A stretch of 61,257 bases of DNA from a virus. The stretch spans positions 1 through 61,257 of IMG/VR virus record IMGVR_UViG_3300016476_000533, one strand, 5' to 3'. Positions 24,183-33,467 of this stretch are shown here, one piece after another. Below the pieces are notes generated by a model. The model did not search any database. It was not told the origin of the DNA and worked only from the letters and a program-made list of their open reading frames with translations. A program made the position numbers and the translations under genes. How positions within the stretch are numbered: the first letter of the stretch is position 1; every line of letters starts with the position of its first letter.

Positions 24183-24283
24183 TGACCTTCCTGCGCCTCG
24201 CCGCCGAGTGCATCGCCACCATCGCCGCGTTCCTCGCCTTCGCCTTGGCCGCCGTGGTCCTGGCCGCAACCCTGAGAGGCTGA
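24179..24283 (+). CDS. Very small hydrophobic protein (34 aa)
   Basis: ATGA overlap; MMTFLRLAAECIATIAAFLAFALAAVVLAATLRG. Confidence 0.35.
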   Translation: MMTFLRLAAECIATIAAFLAFALAAVVLAATLRG

Positions 24284-24287
24284 CTTC

Positions 24288-24638
24288 ATGAGAACCCTAC
24301 CCGCCCTACTCGCCGTCCTCACCCTCGGCGTAGCGCAACCCGCCGCGGCCCAAGCGTCGCTGGACACCGGCAATGAGATCCTCCAGCGATGCGACACCGG
24401 CGCCAGGTCCGACTCGGTCAACGCCGGCTGGTGCCTCGGCTACGTCCGCGGCCTGATGAACGGCTACAGGTGGCTGGACACCGCCCTCGGCACGCAGTCC
24501 TGCATCCCAGAAAGCGTGACGCTGGGCCAGCTACGCGACGCGCTGGTGGCCTACGCCCGCGAGAAGCCGCAGGATAACAGCATGGTCCTGCTCGCCCGTC
24601 TGGTGGCTAAGAAGTGGCCGTGCGGGGTGAAGCCGTGA
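24288..24638 (+). CDS. Secreted Rap1a/Tai4-like (T6SS amidase-immunity-type) protein
   Basis: Signal peptide MRTLPALLAVLTLGVAQPAAAQA. GNEILQRC...WCLGYVRG...CIPESVTLGQLRDALVAYAREKP...KKWPC follows the Rap1a cysteine pattern. Confidence 0.5.
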   Translation: MRTLPALLAVLTLGVAQPAAAQASLDTGNEILQRCDTGARSDSVNAGWCLGYVRGLMNGYRWLDTALGTQSCIPESVTLGQLRDALVAYAREKPQDNSMVLLARLVAKKWPCGVKP

Positions 24639-24970
24639 GCCAAGAGCAAATCGCCAGCCTGCTGGCCGACCGCCTGCCGCAACTCACCGCGCAGAACGTG
24701 CGGGCGCTGGCCGCGCTGTATGGCGCCAACCGGCCTTTGAGCCTGTACGCCCTTCTGGACGCCGTGCCGCACCGCTACACGATCCACAAGGACGTGCCTG
24801 CCTTCGTCGACACGCGGATTGCCAACAACGCTTCGGTCTGGATCACCCACATCCGCAAGGCCCTCGGCCGGAACGCCATACGCACGGTTCGGCTGGAGGG
24901 CTACGAACTGACCGCCGAGGGGCGGGCCGCTGTCACCCGCCTATTGACGCGCCACGCGGTCGCGGCTTAG
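24635..24970 (+). CDS. OmpR/PhoB-type winged-helix DNA-binding protein (about 111 aa, GTG start)
   Basis: VWITHIRKALGRNAIRTVRLEGYELT resembles the Trans_reg_C recognition helix and wing. Confidence 0.5.
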   Translation: MSQEQIASLLADRLPQLTAQNVRALAALYGANRPLSLYALLDAVPHRYTIHKDVPAFVDTRIANNASVWITHIRKALGRNAIRTVRLEGYELTAEGRAAVTRLLTRHAVAA

Positions 24971-24997
24971 GTTGACACCCAAGGAGCAACGAGACCC

Positions 24998-25213
24998 ATG
25001 AACACGATCACTCGCGCCGCGGAAGCGGTTGGCGGCGGAACCGCCCTTGCCTCGCGCCTCGGCGTCACCCGGCAGGCGGTCCACAAGTGGATGACGGACG
25101 GCTTCGCGCCGCCGAAGCGGGCCGTCGAGATCGCAAAGATGACCGGCCTTCCCGCCCTCGACATGGTGGACGAAGACACGCGCACCCTGGCCCTTGAAAT
25201 CGCAGGTTCCTGA
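24998..25213 (+). CDS. Cro/YdaS-type HTH regulator (71 aa)
   Basis: GGGTALASRLGVTRQAVHKWMTDGFAPPKRAVEIAKMTG. Confidence 0.65.
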   Translation: MNTITRAAEAVGGGTALASRLGVTRQAVHKWMTDGFAPPKRAVEIAKMTGLPALDMVDEDTRTLALEIAGS

Positions 25214-27225
25214 TGTCCGGCCCGTTCACGGGCCTCACCGTCCCCTCGGACCTGCGCAGGCTGCCCGGCTGGCTGTGCTGGCGCTATGAGCGCATAGAGG
25301 GGTCGGGCAAGGCCCTCAAGGTGCCATACTACGCCTCTGGCGGCCGCCGCTATGGCCGGCAGGGCGACGCCCGCGACCGCAACGCGCTCGTCAGCTTCGA
25401 CCGCGCCGTGGAGCGCGCTGCGGCTCGGGGCATGGACGGCGTGGGCCTGGCTCTCCTGCCTGAGTGGGGTGTCACGGCCCTCGACTTCGACGCCTGCGTC
25501 GATGCGTCAGGGCGCATCCCCCGCGAACTGGAGGCGCTGGTCGCCGACACCTACGCGGAGTATTCGCCGAGCGGCAAGGGCCTGCGGGCCTTCGTCAAGG
25601 GCGACCTCGGCGACCGCAAGAGCCGGGCCATGCCTGACCGCTTCGGCGTCGAGACGTTCCACGCAAAGGGCTTTGTCACCGTCACGGGCAAGGCCCTCTA
25701 CACCGTGGACCTGTTCGACACCGCCGACACCGTGGCGCCGGTAAGCCCGGAACTGCGGGCGTTTTGCACGACCCGCTTCGGCGAGCAGCGCCAGGCGGCG
25801 GGCGATGGCGACGACTGGATGGCGGGCCACGAGCCGACCCTTGGCCTGAACGAGGACGAGATCAAGGCCCTGCTGGCCGACCTTGACCCGAGCATGGGCC
25901 GGGACGAGTGGATCCGCGTCGGCATGGCGCTGCACCACGAGACCGAGGGTGACGGCTTCCACCTGTGGGACGAGTGGTCATCTGACGGCCACCAGTATCC
26001 GGGGACCGAGTCACTGGAACTGCAATGGGACTCGTTCACCCGCCGGCAGGCGACGGGGCGGCAGGTCACGATGGCCTCGGTCATCAAGATGGCCCGCGAG
26101 GCGCGAGAGGCGCAGAACCCGTCCGAGAGGCTGGAGAAGCTGGCCGAGAAGGCGCAGGCCGCAGCGGTCGAGCCCTCGGAAGTCTACGGCTCGCCGCCCG
26201 GCTATCCGGGGCGCTTCCCCGCCCTGCCGGTCGGCGCCTTCGCCATGCGCGAGCCGCCGCCGTGGATCATCAAGGGGGTGCTGCCCAAGGCCGACCTCGG
26301 CGTGCTCTACGGCCCCAGCGGGTCGGGCAAGTCGTTCGCAGTGCTGGACATGGCCCTGAGCGTGGCGCGCGGGGTGGAGTGGCGCGGGGCGCGGGTCAAC
26401 GGGGGCGGCGTCATCTACATCGCGGCGGAAGGCGGCGGGGGCGTGGCGTCAAGGCTGAAGGCGTATGGCCTGGCGCACGAGGTGGACCTGAGCCGCGTGC
26501 CTCTGGCGGTGATACACGCCACACCGAACTTCCTGATTGAGGAGGACATCACGGCGGTGGTCGAGTCCATCGTCTCTGCCGGCGGGGCCGACCTGATCGT
26601 GGTTGATACCTTCGCGCAGGTGACGCCGGGCGCCAATGAGAACAGCGGCGAGGACATGGGCCTTGCGCTTCGCCATGCGCGAGCGATCCGCGATGCGACG
26701 GGGGCCATGGTGCTATTGGTCCACCACAGCGGCAAGGACGTCGAGCGCGGGGCGCGGGGCTGGTCGGGCATCAAGGCCGCGGCGGATGTCGAGATCGAGG
26801 TCAGCCGCGTCGAGGGTAGCGACGTGCGGATCCTGCGCGTCTCCAAGCAGAAGGACGGCAGGGACGACCTGTCATGGGCGTTCCGGCTTGAGAGCGTGAT
26901 GGTCGGGCTGGACGCTGACGGCGAGGAGGTCAGCAGCCTTGTCGTGCGCGAGGCCGACGCGCCGGTGGCGGACAAGCCGGTGGCCAAGCGACGGATGGGG
27001 GCGTGGGAGCAAGTGGTGCTCGACGCCATCGCGCTGGTGGACGCCGGCGTCACGCAGATGGGCTTCGAGGCCCTTGTCGATCACGTCGTGGCCACCGTCC
27101 CGCCGCCCGAGGCGGGTGTGCGCGACGTGCGGCGCCAGAGCATCATGCGGGCCATCCGCAGCTTGCAGAAGGGCGACGACGCTCCTTTGGCGATTGAGCA
27201 CGGCGTCGTGCAATTTTGTGCGTGA
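25213..27225 (+). CDS. Bifunctional primase-polymerase / PriCT-2 / RecA-like (AAA_25) replicative helicase protein
   Basis: N-terminal prim-pol (WLCWRYE...KVPY...ALDFDAC). DEWIRVGMALHHET (PriCT-2). Walker A GPSGSGKS. VVDTFAQV, LVHHSGKD. Confidence 0.85.
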   Translation: MSGPFTGLTVPSDLRRLPGWLCWRYERIEGSGKALKVPYYASGGRRYGRQGDARDRNALVSFDRAVERAAARGMDGVGLALLPEWGVTALDFDACVDASGRIPRELEALVADTYAEYSPSGKGLRAFVKGDLGDRKSRAMPDRFGVETFHAKGFVTVTGKALYTVDLFDTADTVAPVSPELRAFCTTRFGEQRQAAGDGDDWMAGHEPTLGLNEDEIKALLADLDPSMGRDEWIRVGMALHHETEGDGFHLWDEWSSDGHQYPGTESLELQWDSFTRRQATGRQVTMASVIKMAREAREAQNPSERLEKLAEKAQAAAVEPSEVYGSPPGYPGRFPALPVGAFAMREPPPWIIKGVLPKADLGVLYGPSGSGKSFAVLDMALSVARGVEWRGARVNGGGVIYIAAEGGGGVASRLKAYGLAHEVDLSRVPLAVIHATPNFLIEEDITAVVESIVSAGGADLIVVDTFAQVTPGANENSGEDMGLALRHARAIRDATGAMVLLVHHSGKDVERGARGWSGIKAAADVEIEVSRVEGSDVRILRVSKQKDGRDDLSWAFRLESVMVGLDADGEEVSSLVVREADAPVADKPVAKRRMGAWEQVVLDAIALVDAGVTQMGFEALVDHVVATVPPPEAGVRDVRRQSIMRAIRSLQKGDDAPLAIEHGVVQFCA

Positions 27226-27294
27226 CAGACGCGCAAATAAGTGCCATGTAACTTTCAGCAGGGCCGTTGTGGCCCCGCAGAAACAGGAGACCCA

Positions 27295-27450
27295 ATGACC
27301 CGCATCCAATACCAGGACATGGACGACGAGGCGCTCATCGCTTACGCCCGTGAACTGACGCTCACCCTCTACCCCAGCGTGGAGAACCTGATCGCCGAAC
27401 TGGCGGACAGGCTGGAATACCAACTGCAAGCAGGAGACTTCGACCAATGA
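27295..27450 (+). CDS. Small hypothetical protein (51 aa)
   Basis: ACAGGAGACCCA-ATG context; frame of ORF 27241..27450. Confidence 0.5.
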   Translation: MTRIQYQDMDDEALIAYARELTLTLYPSVENLIAELADRLEYQLQAGDFDQ

Positions 27451-27956
27451 CCATGACCCTCACCTTCACCGGCAACTGGGCCGACATCGCGGACGAGATG
27501 CGCCAGATGCTCGGCCTGAACCACCTCGTCAACATTCCAGCCGCCGTCGACGAGCCTGTCGCCGCCGAGGCCCCCGCGCCCCGCACCCGCCGCAAGAAGG
27601 CCGAGACGCCGGTCGCCGAGGAGCCGCAGGCCGAGGAGCCGCAGGCCCCCGAGCCCGTCTACGAGAGCACGGTGACGACGCCTCTGGTGGAGGAGCCGGT
27701 CCCTTCCGGCGATGCGCCTGTGGAAACGCAGGCGTCTACCTCGGAACCTGGATCGGACGCCCCCGCGTCTGGTACTGCGACGCCTGCCTCTGAGGTGGCC
27801 TACGCCGACGTGGTGGCGGCTGTCACGGACCTCGCCCGCGCCAAGGGGCCTGACGCCGTGAAGCAGGCGCTGGGCGAGATGGGCCTGACCACCGCGAAGG
27901 GCACGGCGCCCGACGTGTGGCCCGCTATCATCGCCGCCATGCGGGAGGCGATGTGA
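27447..27956 (+). CDS. Hypothetical protein with an acidic, Pro-rich linker (169 aa)
   Basis: ORF track. Confidence 0.6.
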   Translation: MTMTLTFTGNWADIADEMRQMLGLNHLVNIPAAVDEPVAAEAPAPRTRRKKAETPVAEEPQAEEPQAPEPVYESTVTTPLVEEPVPSGDAPVETQASTSEPGSDAPASGTATPASEVAYADVVAAVTDLARAKGPDAVKQALGEMGLTTAKGTAPDVWPAIIAAMREAM

Positions 27957-28150
27957 TGGACACCGCCACCCACAACCACCTCATGCGTTTCGCCCGCGAG
28001 CGCGCCATCATGCGGCTGTCCCGCCCGAACGCCAACCTGCTGTCCGCGAAGATCCGCTCCGGCGAACTGGACAGCACCGACTGGGTCAACTTCATCTACC
28101 AGGACCTGCGTCTCGGCTACGAGATGGCGGGCAAGGCGGTCGATGCCTAG
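27956..28150 (+). CDS. Hypothetical protein (64 aa)
   Basis: TGATG overlap; frame of ORF 27917..28150. Confidence 0.5.
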   Translation: MDTATHNHLMRFARERAIMRLSRPNANLLSAKIRSGELDSTDWVNFIYQDLRLGYEMAGKAVDA

Positions 28151-29342
28151 CGCCCACGCTCGCTTCTCCCCGTCCGCCGCCCACCGCTGGCTGCGCTGCA
28201 CTGGATCCATCGCCCTGTGCGAGACGGTCCCGCCGCGCACCAGCGAGTATGCGGACGAGGGAACCGCCGCCCACGAGGTGGCGAACCGCATCGTGCTGGA
28301 GGACTGGGGCGCCAACGAGGCGTTCGCCAACCTGCGCGGGACCACCGTGCGCGTCGGCGACCACGACTGGCCCGTCACTGACGACATGATCCGCGGCGGC
28401 ATCGACTTCAGGGACATCATCTACGACTACCTGGACGGCTCCTCGCGGGCCTTCGCCGACCAGCGCGTGGACTTCTCGGCCCACATCGGCGTGCCCAACT
28501 CCTTCGGGACCGCTGACGCCCTTGTCATCGGCGACGGACGGCTGGTCATGATCGACTACAAGTACGGCGCCGGCGTCATGGTCAACGCCGAGGAGAACGA
28601 GCAGCTTATGCTCTACGCCCTCGGCGCGATGGACAGCTTCGACTTCCTCGGCCCATTCACTGAGTTCGAGTTGGTCATTCACCAGCCCCGCGCCCAAGGC
28701 TCGGAGACTGTCTCCCGCTGGGCGATCAGCCATGCCGACCTCATGGCCTTCGCCGAGCGCGCCAGGTCCACCGCGCAGGCCATCGTGGCGGGCGACACGG
28801 CCCTGACGCCCGGCGAGAAGCAATGCCGGTTCTGCGACGCCAAGCACGTCTGCGAGGCGCTCAAGGCCGAGGTGCTGGACACGGTGACAGCCGCCACGGC
28901 GGACGACTTCGACGATGTGCCTGACGCCGTGGCCGAGATGACCTACGTGGATCCCGCGTGGCTCGCCGGCGCCATGGACAAGGTCGGGCTGATCGAGGAC
29001 TGGTGCAAGGCGGTGCGCGCCGAGATGGAGCGCCGCCTGTTCGCCGGTGTCGAGGTGCCGGGGTGGAAGCTGGTCGAGGGCAAGCGCGGCAACCGCAAGT
29101 GGGCGGATGAGGCGGCGGCCATCGCCATGTTCAAGTCCTTCCGCTTCAAGAAGGACGAGATGTACGATTTGTCCTTGATCTCTCCCGCGAAAGCGGAAAA
29201 GGTGCTCAAGGGAAACCCCGGACGGCTCCAGCGCATGAACGCGCTGACGGTTCGCTCCGCGGGCAAGCCATCGGTGGCCCCCGCCACTGATAAGCGTCCG
29301 GCGCTGTCGCCAGCGGCCACGGCGGACGAGTTTGACGACTAG
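28143..29342 (+). CDS. DUF2800 / Cas4-like PD-(D/E)XK exonuclease
   Basis: FSPSAAHRWLRCTGS, EGTAAHE, IDYKYGAGVMVNAEENEQLMLYALGA, CRFCDAKHVC. Confidence 0.8.
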   Translation: MPSAHARFSPSAAHRWLRCTGSIALCETVPPRTSEYADEGTAAHEVANRIVLEDWGANEAFANLRGTTVRVGDHDWPVTDDMIRGGIDFRDIIYDYLDGSSRAFADQRVDFSAHIGVPNSFGTADALVIGDGRLVMIDYKYGAGVMVNAEENEQLMLYALGAMDSFDFLGPFTEFELVIHQPRAQGSETVSRWAISHADLMAFAERARSTAQAIVAGDTALTPGEKQCRFCDAKHVCEALKAEVLDTVTAATADDFDDVPDAVAEMTYVDPAWLAGAMDKVGLIEDWCKAVRAEMERRLFAGVEVPGWKLVEGKRGNRKWADEAAAIAMFKSFRFKKDEMYDLSLISPAKAEKVLKGNPGRLQRMNALTVRSAGKPSVAPATDKRPALSPAATADEFDD

Positions 29343-29360
29343 CAACTTGAAAGGTGCGAT

Positions 29361-29915
29361 ATGACTGTACTGCAACTGAAGAACGTGCGTCTGTCCTTCC
29401 CGGCGGTGTTCAAGCCGCAGGCTTACGGCGACGGCAACCCGGCCTACGGCGCCAAGCTGATCGTGGAGCCCAAGTCGGCCAACGTCGAGGCGATCCGCAA
29501 GGTCATTCACGAGGCGGCCAAGGCCCAGTGGGGCGACAAGGCCGACGCCATCGTGAAGCAGCTCACGGCGGACAAGAAGTCGGCGTGGGTCGAGGGGCCG
29601 TACCGCAACAAGGACGGCGACGTGTACGACGGGTTCGAGGGCAACTACTTCCTGAGCACCCGCTCGGAGAAGCTGCGCCCGACGGCCCTTGGTCGTGACA
29701 AGCAGCCCGTCACCGAGGCGGACAACGTCATCTACGGCGGCTGCTACGTGGACGCCTCGGTGGACATCTACATGCAGGACAGCCCGAAGTGGGGCCGGCG
29801 GATCAACGCCGTGCTGCGCGGCGTGCGGTTCGTGCGTGACGGCGATGCGTTCGGCGGCTCGTCCGCTGCGTCAGCCGACGAGTTCGAGGACCTGGACGAC
29901 GAGGACTTCGTCTGA
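29361..29915 (+). CDS. DUF2815-type single-stranded-DNA-binding-like protein
   Basis: LKNVRLSFPAVF N-terminus and acidic tail ADEFEDLDDEDFV; usual partner of DUF2800 and PolA. Confidence 0.7.
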   Translation: MTVLQLKNVRLSFPAVFKPQAYGDGNPAYGAKLIVEPKSANVEAIRKVIHEAAKAQWGDKADAIVKQLTADKKSAWVEGPYRNKDGDVYDGFEGNYFLSTRSEKLRPTALGRDKQPVTEADNVIYGGCYVDASVDIYMQDSPKWGRRINAVLRGVRFVRDGDAFGGSSAASADEFEDLDDEDFV

Positions 29916-29980
29916 CAGCAACGGGCCGGGAGGCGTGACCAGACGCCTCCCGGTTTCCTTGAACCCAGGAGACAAGATAC

Positions 29981-30952
29981 ATGACCGTGACAATCCATGT
30001 GGGCGACTGCCTGCAAACCCTCCGCTCCATGCCTAGTGAGAGCGTCAACACCTGCGTGACCTCGCCGCCTTACTTTGGCCTGCGCGATTACGGGCATGAT
30101 GGGCAGATCGGGCTTGAGCAAACCCCCGACGAGTTCGTCGCCAAGCTGGTCGAGGTGTTCCGCGAGGTGCGCCGGGTTCTGCGGGGTGACGGCACCCTGT
30201 GGCTGAACCTGGGCGATAGTTACGGCTCTGCTGGAGGCAACACTCACGCCGGGTTCAACGCCCGGTATCACGGCACCCAATCGGTCGAAGACAAACAGGG
30301 CCGCGCGCTGGACGGCGTTACGGATAGGACCGTCTCGACGGGCCTGCCGGCGAAGAACCTCATCGGCATACCGTGGCGCGTAGCCTTTGCTTTACAGGCT
30401 GACGGCTGGACGCTTCGGCAGGACATCATCTGGCACAAGCCCAACCCGATGCCGGAGTCCGTGAAGGACCGATGCACCAAGGCGCACGAGTATATCTTCC
30501 TGCTGTCCAAGGGGCCGCGCTACTACTTCGACAGCGAGGCGATTTCCGAGCCTCTGGCGCCATCAAGCATCCCGCGCCCCCAACAGAACATTGACGGGCA
30601 AGTCGGCACGACGCGCGCTCATGCGGGTGGCAAGACCAACGGGAACCTCAAGGCTCAGGGCAACCTAGAGACGGGTAAGCGCAACCGCCGCAGCGTCTGG
30701 ACCGTCTCGACCAAGCCCTTCAAGGGCGCCCACTTCGCCACCTTCCCGCCGGACCTGATTGAGCCCTGCGTCCTTGCCGGAAGCCCTCCCGGCGGCGTGG
30801 TGCTGGACCCTTTCGGCGGGTCAGGCACCACTGGGCTGGTGGCCGACCGGCACGGGCGCGATGCAATCCTGTGCGAACTGAACCCGGCCTATGCGGCTAT
30901 GGCGCGCGAACGGATTGGTCCGTCTGCGCTTGACTTGGAGGATCTGATATGA
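29981..30952 (+). CDS. Beta-class DNA methyltransferase (N6-adenine or N4-cytosine)
   Basis: Motif IV TSPPY precedes motif I DPFGGSGTTG (circularly permuted beta order). Confidence 0.85.
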   Translation: MTVTIHVGDCLQTLRSMPSESVNTCVTSPPYFGLRDYGHDGQIGLEQTPDEFVAKLVEVFREVRRVLRGDGTLWLNLGDSYGSAGGNTHAGFNARYHGTQSVEDKQGRALDGVTDRTVSTGLPAKNLIGIPWRVAFALQADGWTLRQDIIWHKPNPMPESVKDRCTKAHEYIFLLSKGPRYYFDSEAISEPLAPSSIPRPQQNIDGQVGTTRAHAGGKTNGNLKAQGNLETGKRNRRSVWTVSTKPFKGAHFATFPPDLIEPCVLAGSPPGGVVLDPFGGSGTTGLVADRHGRDAILCELNPAYAAMARERIGPSALDLEDLI

Positions 30953-31212
30953 GCGATACACTTGGACACAACAGCGTGGCGCGCGAGCAACTGCGCTCGG
31001 TGATCGACCGCCTTGAGAACCTGACCGACGAGAAGTCCGAGGTGCAGGAGCAGATCAAGGAGGTGTTCGCCGAAGCCAAGGGCAACGGGTTCGACACCAA
31101 GGCGCTGCGGCGCCTGCTGGCCCTTCGCAAGAAGGACCGTGCCAAGGCGGCAGAGGAGGCGGCTATCCTGCGCCTCTACGCCTCCGCGCTTGGCTGCGAC
31201 GACCTGGTCTAG
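30949..31212 (+). CDS. gapR: GapR-like (DUF2312) DNA-binding protein
   Basis: QLRSVIDRLENLTDEKSEVQEQIKEVFAEAKGNGFDTKALRRLLALRKKD...LYASALG. Confidence 0.8.
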   Translation: MSDTLGHNSVAREQLRSVIDRLENLTDEKSEVQEQIKEVFAEAKGNGFDTKALRRLLALRKKDRAKAAEEAAILRLYASALGCDDLV

Positions 31213-31288
31213 TCGTCGTAAGCCACGAGGGGCGGGACGGGTCGTCTCCTGCCCACATGTCCCGCCCCTCACCTCCCTGAGAGACCAC

Positions 31289-32524
31289 ATGACCACCCTG
31301 CACCTTGACTTAGAGACGTTCGCCGAGCGCGACCTGAAGACCTACGGCACGTGGGCCTACGCCGAGGTCGCCGAGGTCATGCTGCTGGCCTACGCATGGG
31401 ACGACGGCCCCGTGGAGGTGGTCGAGTTCCCGTCCGCAGGGTTCATGCAATCGCTGATCGACAAGGCTGACGAGATCGTCATCCAGAACAGCCACTTCGA
31501 CCGGACGGTGTTGGGCTTCATGCAGGTCCGCATCCCGACCGACAAGATATTCGACACCATGGTGGTGGCTCTGGCGCACAGCCTGCCGGGCTCGCTGGAC
31601 AAGCTGTGCCAGGTCCTCGCCGTGCCTTTCGACAAGGTCAAGGACAAGGCGGGCAAGCGGCTCATCCAACTGTTCTGCAAGCCCCAGCCCAAGACGCGGA
31701 AGATCCGCAGGGCCACGAGGGAGACGCACCCGGCTGAGTGGGCTGAGTTCGTGGAGTATGCCCGCATGGACATCGTCTCCATGCGCGAGGTCTACAAGCG
31801 CCTGCCGAAGGTCAACTGGACCGAGTCGGAGAAGGCCCTGTGGCGTCTGGATCAGGCGATCAACGACCGAGGGGTGCAGATCGACCTGGACCTCGCCCAC
31901 GCCGCCCTGCGCGCCGCCAAGGAGGCTGGTGAGCGCCTCGCCGTGCAGTCCAAGGACATGACCAACGGAGCAGTGCCCAGCGCCACCCAGCGCGACGCCC
32001 TGCTGGCCTACCTGCGCGACGTGATGGGCGTGGACGTCGAGGACCTGCGCAAGGGGACGCTGGCGGGCCTGCTGAAGAGCGACATCCCCGACGACGTGCG
32101 CGAGTTGCTGGAGGTCCGCCTGCAAGCCGCGGCGACCAGTCCGGCCAAGTACCGGGTGCTGACCCGCGCCACGTCCGAGGACGGCAGACTGCGCGGCACG
32201 TTGCAGTTCGCGGGGGCAGCCCGAACGTCTCGATGGTGCTTGGCGGAAGGCGCTCCGGTTCTGGTGAAAGAGGACACCGGACGCATTTTGGAAAAACCCA
32301 TAGAAACCGTGTCTGTAGAGGACCTAGTGTGGGACGGGGAGTGCTGGGTTCGTCACGAAGGCGTGGTGTTCAGCGGAGACAAGCCGGTCATTGAGCACGA
32401 CGGCGTTGTTGCAACCAAAGAACATGTAGTGTATGTTTCAGACACAGAAAGTATGACGTTGGCTGAGGCCAAAGCGAAGGGTCTAAACCTGTGGGCGGGA
32501 AACGGTACGCAATTTATCGGCTAA
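31289..32524 (+). CDS. Family-A DNA polymerase, N-terminal fragment (3'-5' exonuclease plus N-palm, 316 aa) fused to a 95-aa split-intein N half
   Basis: Exo motifs LDLETF, NSHFD, YARMD. Extein ends ...GAARTSRW, then CLAEGAPVLV...VATKEHVVYV (Cys1, TxxH). Stop at 32522-32524. Confidence 0.85.
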   Translation: MTTLHLDLETFAERDLKTYGTWAYAEVAEVMLLAYAWDDGPVEVVEFPSAGFMQSLIDKADEIVIQNSHFDRTVLGFMQVRIPTDKIFDTMVVALAHSLPGSLDKLCQVLAVPFDKVKDKAGKRLIQLFCKPQPKTRKIRRATRETHPAEWAEFVEYARMDIVSMREVYKRLPKVNWTESEKALWRLDQAINDRGVQIDLDLAHAALRAAKEAGERLAVQSKDMTNGAVPSATQRDALLAYLRDVMGVDVEDLRKGTLAGLLKSDIPDDVRELLEVRLQAAATSPAKYRVLTRATSEDGRLRGTLQFAGAARTSRWCLAEGAPVLVKEDTGRILEKPIETVSVEDLVWDGECWVRHEGVVFSGDKPVIEHDGVVATKEHVVYVSDTESMTLAEAKAKGLNLWAGNGTQFIG

Positions 32525-33467
32525 CCTCACCCAGCGGCGGGTGTTACGTGGGTATGACAGCGCAGAGCGTATCGGTTAGATGGGGGCAGCATATCCGCCG
32601 AGCAGCCACCGGCGTGAACCACCCGCTCTGCAATGCCATCCGCAAGTACGGCGCAGACAGTTTCACAGTAGAGTGCCTAGAGGTTCTGAGTGGCCTAAAC
32701 GAGGCTGAAGCCGCAGAGATCAGGCACATAGCGGGCCTTGAAAAGTCGTACAACATATCTGAAGGCGGTTTGCACAACGGGGCTTCTGGCGCAAAAAGGT
32801 TAGCCGAACTTAGAAAAGACCCTGAGTGGGACGCGGCGTACAGAGCGCGACTGTCTGAGGGCATTAAACGCAGCGAGGCCCATGCCTCTCACGCAAAGAG
32901 GTTGGCTGACCTGGCCCTTGAGTGGCGAAAAGCTAATCCCAAAGTGGCATACAAATCCTCTCTGAGGGCGCTCAGGATTGCGGCTGCGTCCAACAAGAAC
33001 AAACGTAAGGTCCCGCACCCTTGGACCGAGGAGCAACGCGCCGCCCAAAGCCAGCGCCTGCTGGAGGCTTTCCAAAACAGGCCCCCTTCTAAGAAACTCC
33101 GGGCAAAGCGGATGGCGAAGGTGCGCGCGGAAAAACAGTGGGCTGCTCGGGACGAACGCAAACGTCAATCTATAGCCGAGAAGATTTCTGCGTCGATCAC
33201 CGAGCATCACGGCAGAAAGACGCCGGAGGAGAGGGCTGCCCACAACATGCAGTTGGCCGACGCTCGCAGCCACATAGATCACGACTTCCGAAAGAAGCGG
33301 CAGAAAGAAGCGTTAGCGTTGTACTGGACGCCAGAACGCAGGGCCGCTTTCGGGGCCGAGGTGCGTCGGAGGCGCGCTCAACAGCGGGAGACCACGTGCG
33401 AACCTACGACATAATCAACGCGGGACCTAAAAACAGGTTCATGGCATACGGCAGGATAGTGTCTAAC
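32237..33467 (+). mobile_element. Split intein (IntN 32237-32521, IntC 33396-33467) with an embedded free-standing GIY-YIG endonuclease gene
   Basis: Three different reading frames with real stop codons between them. Lower GC than the flanking polymerase sequence. Confidence 0.75.
32491..33414 (+). CDS. GIY-YIG homing endonuclease with NUMOD3-like C-terminal repeats
   Basis: AIYRLTSPSGGCYVGMT ... RWGQH ... NAIRKYG ... EAAEI ... YNISEGG. Repeated WT(E/P)E(Q/R)RAA units. Confidence 0.85.
   Translation: MGGKRYAIYRLTSPSGGCYVGMTAQSVSVRWGQHIRRAATGVNHPLCNAIRKYGADSFTVECLEVLSGLNEAEAAEIRHIAGLEKSYNISEGGLHNGASGAKRLAELRKDPEWDAAYRARLSEGIKRSEAHASHAKRLADLALEWRKANPKVAYKSSLRALRIAAASNKNKRKVPHPWTEEQRAAQSQRLLEAFQNRPPSKKLRAKRMAKVRAEKQWAARDERKRQSIAEKISASITEHHGRKTPEERAAHNMQLADARSHIDHDFRKKRQKEALALYWTPERRAAFGAEVRRRRAQQRETTCEPTT

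Noticed and set aside
24998-25213. Evidence for a lysogeny module (Cro-like HTH)
   Set aside because: No integrase, CI-type repressor or attP-like structure is recognisable anywhere in the window. A single Cro/YdaS-type HTH is not enough to call the phage temperate.
28092-29510. 472-aa minus-strand ORF opposite the DUF2800 and DUF2815 genes
   Set aside because: Antisense shadow ORF. The plus-strand frames carry recognisable nuclease and SSB-like motifs and tight coupling to their neighbours.
32237-33467. A conventional contiguous intein with a nested homing endonuclease
   Set aside because: The three segments are in three different frames with genuine stop codons (32522-32524 and 33412-33414), and each has its own RBS and start. 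Split halves plus a free-standing gene fits better. A sequencing frameshift cannot be excluded without reads.
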